Virus record (IMG/VR): IMGVR_UViG_3300044732_000510
Direction: 5' to 3' (one strand)
DNA: 64,000 bases
Source: an uncultured virus (IMG/VR IMGVR_UViG_3300044732_000510)
Lineage: Duplodnaviria > Heunggongvirae > Uroviricota > Caudoviricetes
Shown here: positions 27,842 to 38,900 of the stretch, in pieces
How the letters are laid out: every line of letters begins with the position of its first letter
How positions within the stretch are numbered: position 1 is the stretch's first letter
Program-made: the position numbers and the translations under genes
The notes under the pieces: generated by a model
What the model saw: the letters and a program-made list of their open reading frames with translations, nothing else
What the model was told of the DNA's origin: nothing
The model's database searches: none

Positions 27842-28249
27842 ATGGAAAAACAATTACAAGCTGTAAAAAAGTTTCATGAAGCTTTTGGACAAGAAAATGG
27901 AACATGGCCACAAAATTTAGGACCAGATGAAGCAGTGCTTAGACATAAACTTATGGCTGAAGAAAATGATGAGTATCTTGATGCATGTGACAAAAACTCA
28001 TTAGTAGAAATAGCAGATGCTTTAGGAGACCAGTTATATATCTTATGTGGTACAATCCTTAAACATGGCATGCAGCATATTATAGAAGAGGTATTTGATG
28101 AAATACAAGAAAGTAATATGAGTAAGTTAGGTGATGACGGTAAACCTGTACTAAGAGAAGATGGAAAAATACTTAAAGGTCCTGGATATTTTAGACCTGA
28201 TATAAGTAAATTTATTAAAGTTGAGAAAGATGCATCCAATAACATTTAG
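27842..28249 (+). CDS. MazG-like nucleoside triphosphate pyrophosphohydrolase
   Basis: EENDEY..EIADALGDQLY, SNMSK, REDGKILKG. Confidence 0.88.
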   Translation: MEKQLQAVKKFHEAFGQENGTWPQNLGPDEAVLRHKLMAEENDEYLDACDKNSLVEIADALGDQLYILCGTILKHGMQHIIEEVFDEIQESNMSKLGDDGKPVLREDGKILKGPGYFRPDISKFIKVEKDASNNI

Positions 28250-28415
28250 AAAAGCAATGATTGAAGCCTACATGGCTGGAGCAGAAGCTATGTCTTCAGG
28301 AGATATAGATGAACCTAACAAAAAAGATGCTAGGGATTGGTTTGATAATGAGTACGGACAACTAGAGTCAGAAGACTGTGACTGTTGTGAAGAAGATGAA
28401 GATGGAGACTCTTAA
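28230..28415 (+). CDS. small acidic hypothetical protein
   Basis: ATG 28230, overlapping both neighbours. Confidence 0.55.
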   Translation: MHPITFRKAMIEAYMAGAEAMSSGDIDEPNKKDARDWFDNEYGQLESEDCDCCEEDEDGDS

Positions 28416-28653
28416 ATGTTTTAATTGTGGTGTAGAAAAACCATTAGAGAAATTTAAAGATAATACAAGAAAGTATCAAGTAAAAAGTGCAAAAGGTAAA
28501 TGCATTGTGTGTAAAGCATGTTCTTTTCACAAAGCATTGGATACACTATCTGTTGTAAGATATGATTTTGAAGAAAATAAGTTTAAAGTAATACACTTTA
28601 AAGACAAGTATGAAGTCCTAGACTTCTATGAAAATGAAGGGGGAGAGCTGTAA
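28396..28653 (+). CDS. zinc-finger protein
   Basis: CFNC...CKAC. Confidence 0.6.
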   Translation: MKMETLKCFNCGVEKPLEKFKDNTRKYQVKSAKGKCIVCKACSFHKALDTLSVVRYDFEENKFKVIHFKDKYEVLDFYENEGGEL

Positions 28654-28673
28654 AAGGTTCTCCCCTTTTTTTT
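28637..28673. terminator. terminator at the convergence of the two transcription blocks
   Basis: GGGGAGAGCT-GTAAAA-GGTTCTCCCC plus T8, between the convergent stops at 28653 and 28672. Confidence 0.8.
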
Positions 28674-28812
28674 ACCGTCCTTGAGCACGGTATGCTTTTT
28701 TGTAGTTCTTAGATCTTTTAGATCTAGAAGTCTTTGTCTTTGCATGAACACCAGGTCTAGAAACTTTAGGTTTGATGTATGCTTTTACTGTTGTTGTTGT
28801 TGCCTTTGCCAT
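28672..28812 (-). CDS. 46-aa highly basic protein (not in ORF track)
   Basis: MAKATTTTVKAYIKPKVSRPGVHAKTKTSRSKRSKNYKKAYRAQGR; starts 6 nt after the upstream stop and ends at the terminator. Confidence 0.8.
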   Translation of the reverse strand: MAKATTTTVKAYIKPKVSRPGVHAKTKTSRSKRSKNYKKAYRAQGR

Positions 28813-28818
28813 TGTTTA

Positions 28819-31800
28819 TTATTTAATTGATTCAAATGCTTTAACTGCTTCATCAGGATTAGTGTTATATCCACTATAACCCATAAGCTTTAAAAATTTT
28901 GCCCAAGCTTTATTATCTCCTTTTTTCCAAACCCCTTCATCCCTTTCATATTCTTCAGTTATTCTCCAAGGTGACATTTGCCTAATCAATGATATTGTTC
29001 TTTCAATTGTGCTATTCATAGCTGTTGGTGATCTGACTACTCTTAGTAAATCACCTACTCCTACAATTGGTAAATATGATGATGTTTCACCTCTCATCCT
29101 TACTGATTGATACAATAAGAAATTGTGTAGTTTTGATTTATCTTTTTGTTTTTCATCATCTTCATCATCCACTGTTAACATACTTGCTAAAAGCATAAAT
29201 GCTACTACTATACTTATATCACCAACGGTTTTTCTTATGTTAGATTTTTGGGCCGGGGTATAACCAGACCAACCCTCCATAATATTTATATTATATCTTA
29301 TCAAATCTTTTACAAACACATTCCAAAATGTTCTATAATATCCTTCTGTTACTGCACCTAACTCTTGGTCCATTGAAGCTTTTTTATATCTTCTTTTAAA
29401 ACCAGGAACCATGTGTTTTCTATACATAGTTAACAATCTACCTAAAGTATATCTTTGTAATGTACCTTTATCAAAATCATTATATACACCATGTAGTCTT
29501 TTGTTTAATGCATGCAATTTATTCTGAAAGTCCTGTCTTTTCTTTTCAGTATAGTTTGTTTTTGCATAAATTTCTTTTACTCCGTATTTTTTATGAGCCT
29601 CTAATAATGTTATTTCATTTCCAGTTTCATTTTCTATGACTTTAGTAGCATCCATTAATGCAAACATGGTAGATACCTGAGCTTCATGTTCACCAAAATA
29701 CTGGTTATAAAATAAAGTGTTAGTTCTAAATAGTCTTCTTGCTGTACTTGCAGAAATTTTATTACCATAATGATCTTTAAAATCACCTTGTATTGGATCA
29801 TATTCCATAACAAGTTGACCACCCCAACTAGTAGATACAGGTTTTCCAAAATCACCTAAAAATCCAGGAATTGCTGATACATATGTTGCTGTACCTTTTA
29901 AATAATTTTTAGTATTAAAGAACTCACCTCCAATAGACTCTATAACAATCTGGATATTGGCTTGTAAGTTATTAGCAACACCTTTAAGTAAATCTGCTGC
30001 AATACTGGTTAATGCAGAAAAACCCATTCCGCTGTTAACAATCTTAGAGGCACTTAATCCCCATATATCTTCAGCCTTTTGCATTTCACCATAGACAACC
30101 ATGTCTATAAATGCATCAAGATGTTTTTTACCATTAGCCTCATTGTTCTGTCTTACAAATTCTGTATACCCTCTTCTTTTAAGAAAAGCATCCATTACTT
30201 GCTCACCCTTACTATTAGTTCTAACTACTTCTCTGTTACCTATAATAGTTTTAAATAGATTCACCTCAGAATTAATAGAGTTCATGGCATCATATTTATT
30301 TGCCATTGAATTAAACATAAGCACTGATCTAGCTAAATCTAAACTTACATCTTTTACATCCATCTTTTGGACATAATGCACAGGAAGTATCTTAATACCT
30401 TGTTCTGTTAAATCAGCTGTTACAAACTGAGTATCATAAGACTGTACTTTAAAAGTCTCTTTGATTTTATTTATAACAGAATCTTTAACACCATTATCAC
30501 GGGCTCTTTCTAAGTCTGTTTTTTCAATAGAAGGTAAAACAAAACCTGGTCTTTGTGACTCTGGAATTTTTTCTTGTGCTTCTAAATATGTATCTAATAA
30601 GAACTTATGATACTTACCTTTCTCATTTTTAGGTACACCATTTATGTCATAAAGTTCTAACCATTTAGCATTAACATATTTATTTGCAGGTTCTGCTAAT
30701 TCACCAGAATATATCAAATCCCCATCACTAACAAACATAGACTTTCTTTGCCAAGCATCATACTCTTCTTGAGTTATATATCCAGCATTCTTATCTTTTA
30801 TTTTATCAGCAATAATTTTATTTCTTTCAGCTTCAGACTTAGGTTTAGTATTAGCTCTATACCAAGCATTTCTTTTAGCATAATATGCAGCTCTTTCTTT
30901 TTTCTGAGCTGGAGTAGGATTTTCTATTTTTTCAGGAAAAGGTCCTAACTCATCATACAGTTTAGCCTCAGCTTGTTTGTATGCATTAACATCAAACTTC
31001 TGTACAAAAGATACTCTCTCTTCATAGATAATATTACCGTCTTTGTCTCTCTTGATTCTGTTGTCAGCATTTCTTACAGGCACTTTAACAACCTCATATA
31101 AGCCTTCATTAAATGCTTTTGGATTATCTCTAAAAGAACTAACTGTTGATGCATATTCTTCAAACTGTTCACTTACTTCTTTTAAAGTATCAATATCTGC
31201 TAACCTAGCTGTCTCAAACTTACTCTTAACCATCTTAGCAAACAAAGCAAGCGCACTATCTTCAGAACTAATCAGTGGAGATATTAAATAATCTAACATG
31301 CCTTCATCAGCATTAGCCAACTTAAGTATATCTTCAAGACCCTTTTCATCTAAGATATATGATTGGTACTCAGCTATTTTATTTTCAAGCTCAGTTACTT
31401 TAACTTTTTTAGCTTTATCAGAAAGAGATGTGCTAGCCTGTACTTGATCAAGTTGTTTCTGTAATCCTTCTAACTCACTCTTAACTTTTTCATCTGCTAT
31501 ATCAGACTTATATTCTACTAAAGTTTTAGCCATTAATGGAATACCTTCCTGAACAAACTTGTTTTTTATTCTTTCTCTAGAAGCTAATGCCTCAGTAAGC
31601 ATCTGCTGTGCAGTAAAAGTTTTAGGTTTTTTCTCAGCACCTTCTTCTTCCTCTTCTTCAGTTTCCTCTTCCTTTTTAGAAAAGTATTTATATACATCTT
31701 CTTTGCTTATTCTATCAAGTATAGTATTATAACTGGTAGCAAAATCATTTATAGTTGTAAGCTCATCTATTAATGTTTTTTTATCTACTGTTTTATCAGA

Positions 31801-32205
31801 AAGTAATGCAGATAGTCTTTTCTCAGCTTGTTTAAACTTACTATAGGCATCACTTACAAATAAGTTTATAGACTCAACACCTTCTGCAGTTTTTATCTCA
31901 TCATATATTCTGCGGTATTTTGCTATCCTAGCCTTTTGATTCTTGATTTTTCTTTTTCTAAGATCATTCAGCTGCTTAAGTAAATACTGCTTAATACCTT
32001 TCATTATATCAGTCAACTCATTAGGATCTTCTTCCCCAAGGTTTTCTGTTCTAACTGCTTCTTGTTCTTCAAGCTCATTAAGATCTTCATTGTTAGCATA
32101 TCCTTCAGCCTCCCACATTTGGTAAGCTAAGTCTTCATCACCATTGGCTCTGGCAAATATATCTTGCCACTCTTTACTAGTTTTTATAGGACAATTTAAC
32201 GGCAT
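28819..32205 (-). CDS. large virion/cargo protein
   Basis: 1128 aa, helical, downstream of the vRNAP as in crAss-like genomes. Confidence 0.7.
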   Translation of the reverse strand: MPLNCPIKTSKEWQDIFARANGDEDLAYQMWEAEGYANNEDLNELEEQEAVRTENLGEEDPNELTDIMKGIKQYLLKQLNDLRKRKIKNQKARIAKYRRIYDEIKTAEGVESINLFVSDAYSKFKQAEKRLSALLSDKTVDKKTLIDELTTINDFATSYNTILDRISKEDVYKYFSKKEEETEEEEEEGAEKKPKTFTAQQMLTEALASRERIKNKFVQEGIPLMAKTLVEYKSDIADEKVKSELEGLQKQLDQVQASTSLSDKAKKVKVTELENKIAEYQSYILDEKGLEDILKLANADEGMLDYLISPLISSEDSALALFAKMVKSKFETARLADIDTLKEVSEQFEEYASTVSSFRDNPKAFNEGLYEVVKVPVRNADNRIKRDKDGNIIYEERVSFVQKFDVNAYKQAEAKLYDELGPFPEKIENPTPAQKKERAAYYAKRNAWYRANTKPKSEAERNKIIADKIKDKNAGYITQEEYDAWQRKSMFVSDGDLIYSGELAEPANKYVNAKWLELYDINGVPKNEKGKYHKFLLDTYLEAQEKIPESQRPGFVLPSIEKTDLERARDNGVKDSVINKIKETFKVQSYDTQFVTADLTEQGIKILPVHYVQKMDVKDVSLDLARSVLMFNSMANKYDAMNSINSEVNLFKTIIGNREVVRTNSKGEQVMDAFLKRRGYTEFVRQNNEANGKKHLDAFIDMVVYGEMQKAEDIWGLSASKIVNSGMGFSALTSIAADLLKGVANNLQANIQIVIESIGGEFFNTKNYLKGTATYVSAIPGFLGDFGKPVSTSWGGQLVMEYDPIQGDFKDHYGNKISASTARRLFRTNTLFYNQYFGEHEAQVSTMFALMDATKVIENETGNEITLLEAHKKYGVKEIYAKTNYTEKKRQDFQNKLHALNKRLHGVYNDFDKGTLQRYTLGRLLTMYRKHMVPGFKRRYKKASMDQELGAVTEGYYRTFWNVFVKDLIRYNINIMEGWSGYTPAQKSNIRKTVGDISIVVAFMLLASMLTVDDEDDEKQKDKSKLHNFLLYQSVRMRGETSSYLPIVGVGDLLRVVRSPTAMNSTIERTISLIRQMSPWRITEEYERDEGVWKKGDNKAWAKFLKLMGYSGYNTNPDEAVKAFESIK

Positions 32206-32918
32206 AATTTTTTTCTTATATCAGACATAATCTTATCAAACTCTTTATTGGTCTTAGCATTTTCTAGATCATCTATAACATCAAAGATATCTATACCTAA
32301 TTCTCCTAAGACTTCATCTAATTGTTCATTAACAACTAGGCTGTTAAAGTAATTCATTTCTCTTTCTAGCTTCTTAGGATCAACTGGACCTGAGTTATCT
32401 TCTTCAGTAACTAACTTACCTGTTTCCATATCCATATCTCTTAAGAAGACACTTCTGCTATTATTTATGTCTACTAAGTTATATAATCCTTTTGAATTAA
32501 GAACCCAACTACTTCTACCTGCTACAAAAGAATCTGGTTTTTTACCTAACAATCTTTTAGCTTCATCATACATAGCAAGACTTGGTCCTAATGGGTCTAT
32601 AACTTCTTCATCAAATAAATAGTCATCAGCATATTCTACACCAGCTCTTCTAGCATCTGCTTCTTGTATTTTTCTTGCTTCAATAGTTTCTATTCTAAGC
32701 TCATTGTTATAGAAGTAATCAATAAGTTTTTGCGGGATTTTTATATCCATTGCCAGCATGTCTTGGTCTAAATAAAACCTAACAACATCACCATTAAATT
32801 TTTTATTTACTTCTCTTTGGAATAAAGCAGCATCTTCATACCGCATGCTTAATCCTTTATAAGCATAGTCATATACTTTTTGTTCAAGATATTCTTCTAT
32901 TTTTGTTTTGCAAGGCAT
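32196..32918 (-). CDS. hypothetical virion-module protein
   Basis: 240-aa ORF overlapping the next start. Confidence 0.7.
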   Translation of the reverse strand: MPCKTKIEEYLEQKVYDYAYKGLSMRYEDAALFQREVNKKFNGDVVRFYLDQDMLAMDIKIPQKLIDYFYNNELRIETIEARKIQEADARRAGVEYADDYLFDEEVIDPLGPSLAMYDEAKRLLGKKPDSFVAGRSSWVLNSKGLYNLVDINNSRSVFLRDMDMETGKLVTEEDNSGPVDPKKLEREMNYFNSLVVNEQLDEVLGELGIDIFDVIDDLENAKTNKEFDKIMSDIRKKLCR

Positions 32919-32936
32919 ACTATAATATACTAAAAA

Positions 32937-35900
32937 TTATTGACAATCTTTTGGAGTTCTTGGAATTGAAGGATATCCTTCCGGAGCATTCATATCACCA
33001 AACAAATTTAACTGAATTCCTGTATTTGCATCTGCTGCATTTTGTTTTTCTTGTTTTAATTCTGCTATTTTAGCTTTAACATTGTCTATTTTGTTTTGGT
33101 CAGTAAACTCATCTACATAGTTTTTAACTCCAGTTTGTAATATATCAATGATATAATCTCTTATCTCTTGTACATCTATTTCTGGGAATCCGGATCCTTC
33201 ATAGAATAAGTTTTCACTTAACATCTCAGCAGCTCTTTCTACAGATACATCATTGTTACTCAACATTCCTGGGTTAATATCTTTAGCTGTACCAACACCT
33301 GTACCTGTTTCTCTTCTAGCAGAGTCTGGTTTAATTTTAGGCAGGTTAGTAGCAATAAGAACAGGAATTGATCTCTCTAACATACCTTGTTTCATATCTT
33401 CTAAGTCAGCAAGTTCAGCTTCTAAGATAGTTATTTGATCTGTTATGTTAAGATTAAAATCTTCTTCAATAGATTGAGTAGATGGTTGAGCATCTTTAAG
33501 TTCATTTCTTACTTCCATAAGTAATTTTGGAAACTCTGTACCCCATTTACCTTTATCTTGAGTATGAGTAAGAGTAGCATTACCTGTGGCAAGAAGTTTA
33601 GCAAGAGCATCTGGATTTTGTTCAAAAGATTCTAATAAAAGTTTTTTCATTATTTCAGAAGAATTTTCATCCCAACCTTTTGTATTTAAACCTGGAATCT
33701 GTTTTCCAATTTTTCTAGCTTCTGCTCCAGTTGCTTTTGATAATGCATTTACAAATGGTAATTTTTCTGCTAATGTAAGTGAAGTATAACTAAGTTTAGA
33801 AGCCTGAAAGGCTCCTTCTACAGTTTGATAATTTGTTTTAACTTTACCTCCTTCAAACGGTCTAACAGCAAAGTTACTTAACTCAGCATTTTCTCCTGTA
33901 CCTGCATAGATATTAATTTTAGTTTCTGGTCCAGGTAAAGTAGTAGATGGTTGAGTAGGTTTACTCCAAGTGCCAATGACTTGATTATCAACTGTAATTT
34001 CAGAATAGTTATAACCTTTAGCTTCCATATTAGCATAGAGTCTTTTTTCTCCTGTGTTATAAGTACTAGCATCAGTGTAGGCTTTGTTATCAGTAAGAAT
34101 AGTAGCTCCTGCTTCTACAGCTTTAATAGCTTCTTTAATAGTTTTATCCTGTTCTCTTTTAGCAATAGCCGCATCACCTCTTTTACCAGGAACAGATACA
34201 AATACTACATCATCAGCAGAATAGTTACCTGTATTGGCAAGTGCTCCTGCTTGTTGTCTATATAGTTCTGTTGAGCTTCCGGATATACCTTCACCAAAAC
34301 CAATAAATTGAGTAGCAATACTGGCTTTAATAGTTGCTTTTTTATCAGCAGCTTGTACAGGAGTTACAGTAAATAGATTTTTCTTATTAAAGTTTTTAAT
34401 GCCTTCTGGTTCTTCTGTTGGCTCTTCAGTTGGATCATCTTCATTAGTTTCATTTGGCCCTAATTCAGTGTCTATACTTCCCATAGCTAAGATAGCTGCA
34501 TTTGCTTCTGCTGACATCTCATCAAGCTCCTCTTGAGTCAATGGTTTAGGATCAGCATAGTTATCTGCTTTTACTAGATAGTTTTTGAACATAGATTTAA
34601 CCATCATGCGGTTGTACACTTGTTCAAATACTGCAGTATTTAAGTTGTTGTTTAAGAAGCTATTAGCTGCAGGTTGCATTTCTTTAATATAATCTACAGG
34701 ATCTAACACTTTTGTAAATCCAAACTTGCTATAACCTGTACCATGCTGATAGAACATCATTAAAGAGAAGTCTTCAAATACTTCAGTTATTCTCTTATTA
34801 TCAGCTTCTTCCATAACTCTGTCCTTATATGTTACTTTCCTTACTGAAGGATCAGCAAGTTGTCTCAAGTTCATATAATAACTTTCAGCTATTGTACCTT
34901 TTGCATCAGCTTTGTCATTAAGCTCAATAACATTTACTTCTTTGATATTTTTAGCTGGTGCTAACTGATTAAGTACTGGGAATCTTTCTTTCAAGTTTTG
35001 TGAATCAAACTCTTTAATAGTATCCATTACCATGTTGGTATATGAATACTTAGTTGTACCCATTATGAAAGCATTATTAAAGCTCTTCATCAAAGCTTTT
35101 TCAGATATATACTTTTCATACCCAACTTGCTCAGAGTTATTTTGCTTAACAAATCTCTGATATCTTTTATCATTTGCTAAACTCTCAGGAGTATCTATAG
35201 ATTTTAAATACTCAAGTTCTGTAAGATATTTTACATATGAGTCAAGTGTTTTAAAAGGATTCTCAGACATTTTAAATGTATCCAATCCTCTAGCAGCATG
35301 ACTGTTTTCACCTTGAGTTGTTTCTAAAAAAACTTTAGCTTTATAATCTGCTTCTGCTTTTTCTCTGTCTATTAATAACTGACCATCTTTAAGAATTACA
35401 GGAGTAGCTTGACCTTCAGTTTTTACTACAGGTATTCCATGATATGCTTCTGGCAACTCAACTATTTCTCCAGCAGGTGTATTAAAGTTAGACATGGAGT
35501 TTTGGAAGATGTAGTTTACAATAGCATTGTTATATGTATTGATAAATCTTTCTTGTCCTTTTTGTCCTACACCATATCTTTGAGTTATAAAGTCTCTTTG
35601 GTCTAGTAATTTCTCAGAAAGGAAATTTTGTATAGATTCATTAAGCCTTAATGGGAATAGTGGTAACACTATATCAAGTATAAGATTACTCTTATAGAAA
35701 GAAGATAACAATGACTTGTATCTTAATCTTTCTAAAGTTTCAGAATCTATCTTAGACATTTCAGAAAAGTTCTTGTATGCCTCATCTCTTTTCTTAACAA
35801 GCAATGTAGTATCAAGTAAACCAGTATCTGGACTGAACATCATCTCAAGATCAGACATACCCTTAGCTTGCTTTTCTACTTGTATTAAATGTAAGAACAT

Positions 35901-38900
35901 AGCAAGACCTTTAAAGCTTGCAGGATCTTGTTCAGCTACAATATCTTTTAACTCATCTGAGTCAATTGTTTTTTCATTACCAAATGCTCTTTCCCACATA
36001 GCTTGAGCAGCATAGTAATAGTTATCATTACTAGTTAAGCTACCTGAGTATTTAAATAAAGCAGTCATTTTAGTGAAAGGCGTCCCTGGCTTATACTCTC
36101 TAAACTCAGATATTTGATCAATTGGAAAGTTATTATCACCTAATATATCAGATAACTTAGCTTTTTGAGGTACTTTCTGACCAATAAGCAAGAATGCATA
36201 CTCTTTATTCCTATCTTCTTTTTGAAGATTGTCAAGTAAATCATACATTCTTTTTAAATTAACACCTCTTACAACATCTTTAATCTCTTTTTTCTGTTCT
36301 TCAGACATCAGTTTTATTGCATCTTTTACAACTCTTGAAGCTGAGGCACCTTTAACTTGATGTTTAGCTAAGTCTGGTTCAACAAGTTTTCCAGTAGCAC
36401 TACCAAGTATTTTTTGTTGATTAAAGTATTCTACAGCTAATGGAATATTTATAAATGCTAATGCATCCATAACACTTGTACCAGTTTCTAATAAATGTAG
36501 TACTAGTCCTGAAGATTCAGTGATAATATTCAAAGTCTTAGGGAAAGGGTTTTTAGCTCTATCCAGTAATCCTTGAAGACCGTGAGATATAATATCTCCT
36601 ATTTTTTCATAGTCTACATTTAACTCACTTCCTATTGATATTACAGTTTCTCCTTTAGCATTCTTTACTTTATTATGCTTTAGTCTTAAGACCATATCAT
36701 AATTAGTATTAGTTTCCCGGTATTTTTTCAGAGCTTCATCCCATACTGTAGCTTTATAACTTCTTGGTAGCTTACCACCAATTGATTTATAAATAACATG
36801 AGTTTTATTTTTCTTAGCAAAAATACCAAGAGGCTTAGAGCCAGTTAAGTTTTTGTCAAACACAGATAAGTTATAGCCTAACTCATTTGTTCTTGTTGGA
36901 CTCATCACCTCTTTACCATCATTAGTTCTTACATCTTCCTTATGTCTGGTTTTCTTTTCACTGTATTGCTTAGTTACTTTTTCAAAAAACTTAATGTTAT
37001 CTTCTACTAAGTAAGTAGCATTAGGCTTAGTTAATAAAACAAAGTTTTCAGGAAGAGATAATAAAGCTACTGTATCTTTAATAAGCTTATTCTGTAAGTA
37101 CTTTTTCTGTTGTGCAATCAAGCTATCAGGACCCTTAAGCTTAGGATTTTTCTTTTTAGCCGCATTTATTTTAGCTATCTTCTCATCCAAACCTTCTACT
37201 TCTTGTACTAATTCTCCTTTGGAGTTGATATTAGGGAACATAAAGAAGATCTTATCCACGTCAAAGTCAGATCCTGCTGCAGCAACAATCTCTGATGGAA
37301 CTATAACTGTGTTACCTACTGCAGCATCTAAGAAATGCCACACCTCAGCACCAACAATTACGTTAGCTTTATCTGTTGGGATTCTTGGTCCAGTGATAGT
37401 AATTACTTCTCTATGCTTAGCCAACCACTCATCATTTTTGATCATCTCATTCAAGCGGTCAATGTCACCTATTGGTTGTTCATCATTGTGCTTTAAATTT
37501 AACAAGTTTAAGAAGTCACCATTAAGTGGTATAGCAACTTTCATCAAGTTAGTATTTGCTCTCTCTCCTGTTTTTTTATTGATAATTTCACCTTGTGTGT
37601 AGAAAGGTAAATTATTAGAACCTAGATATTTTTTTCTTAAATCAGGGTCTTGTTCTATTCTATATGGAGTATCCCAAACACCATTGTAAAAAGTACTTGG
37701 CATCTGAACCATTGCTTCACCCTTTGTCTTTTGTTTTACAATAGTTTTTTGAATCCTGTTTACTATTACTTTTTCTATTAAATCTGACTCAGGATGAATA
37801 GAAAAGTCCATACTTAGTGAATCATTTACTCTAGTATCTAAAAGTTTAATTAAGTTTTCTGGAACTTCTTTAGTACCAAGCTCTTCTCTTATGAGCTCTA
37901 CTAACTTATCTAACCTACCTTGATACTTACCATCTTTAAGCTCATAGCCTATTTTATTAAGCAATTCTTTTTCAAGAATATTTGTATAACCAGCTACAGC
38001 ATTCTCATAGTTTTCTACTACTTCTTTATTTTTAGTATTTCTAAGATCTCCGGCATCAAACAAACTGTCTAATACAATCATCCTCTGTTGAGTAGGTACA
38101 CTGATTTCATTTTTAAGTTTATCAGCTACCTTAGTAACATCTTTTAAGTACTCAAGATATATAACATTAGGAGTAATGTATGCATCTTTATTTACTGATG
38201 TCATATCTTTGTCTCCAAATATGTTGTCAAACTTTCCGTCTGTTCTATCTGTAAGTGTTGACACTTTAGAACCGGAACCAAACAATACATATTGCATATT
38301 ATCCTTCATCATTTTTACATGAAGATCATAAAGAGCTGTTCCTTTTACTGCAACAGTAGGTATTATTGGATTTAATGCAAACTTGTGCATTGCTTTTGCT
38401 GCTATAGGTGAATTAGCAATATCACCATAGTAGTGTAGTTTATATACTGAGAAAAACTGTTTTACTTTTTTAGGGTCAACATTAACACCTGCAATTATAT
38501 CTTGATATAAACTTTCTTGTTGTGGACCCCATGCATTAGCAGCTTTTTTCAATAGTCTATATGCATCAAAAGTTATTAAACCACAACCATCAGACTCAGT
38601 CATATTTTCATATGGTTCAGAGTCTTTTGCTACTCTTTCTTTAACTTTCTTAACAAGCTCTTCACCTTTATATTTTTTAGACAACAAGTTTGTGTAATAC
38701 TCTGTCCAAGCTTTTTGATATTCTGGAAGATATACACTTGTTCTTACAGCATCTGCAATTACACCAGTATTAAATGTTCCGTCAAATTCAAAATTGTCAA
38801 GTTCTTCATCTGTCCTTTCAGATTCTTTAGTAGCATAAGTAACCTTATTAAAAGTATTATTTATAAAGTTCTGAAAAGGTTTATCACTTAAATGTGCATT

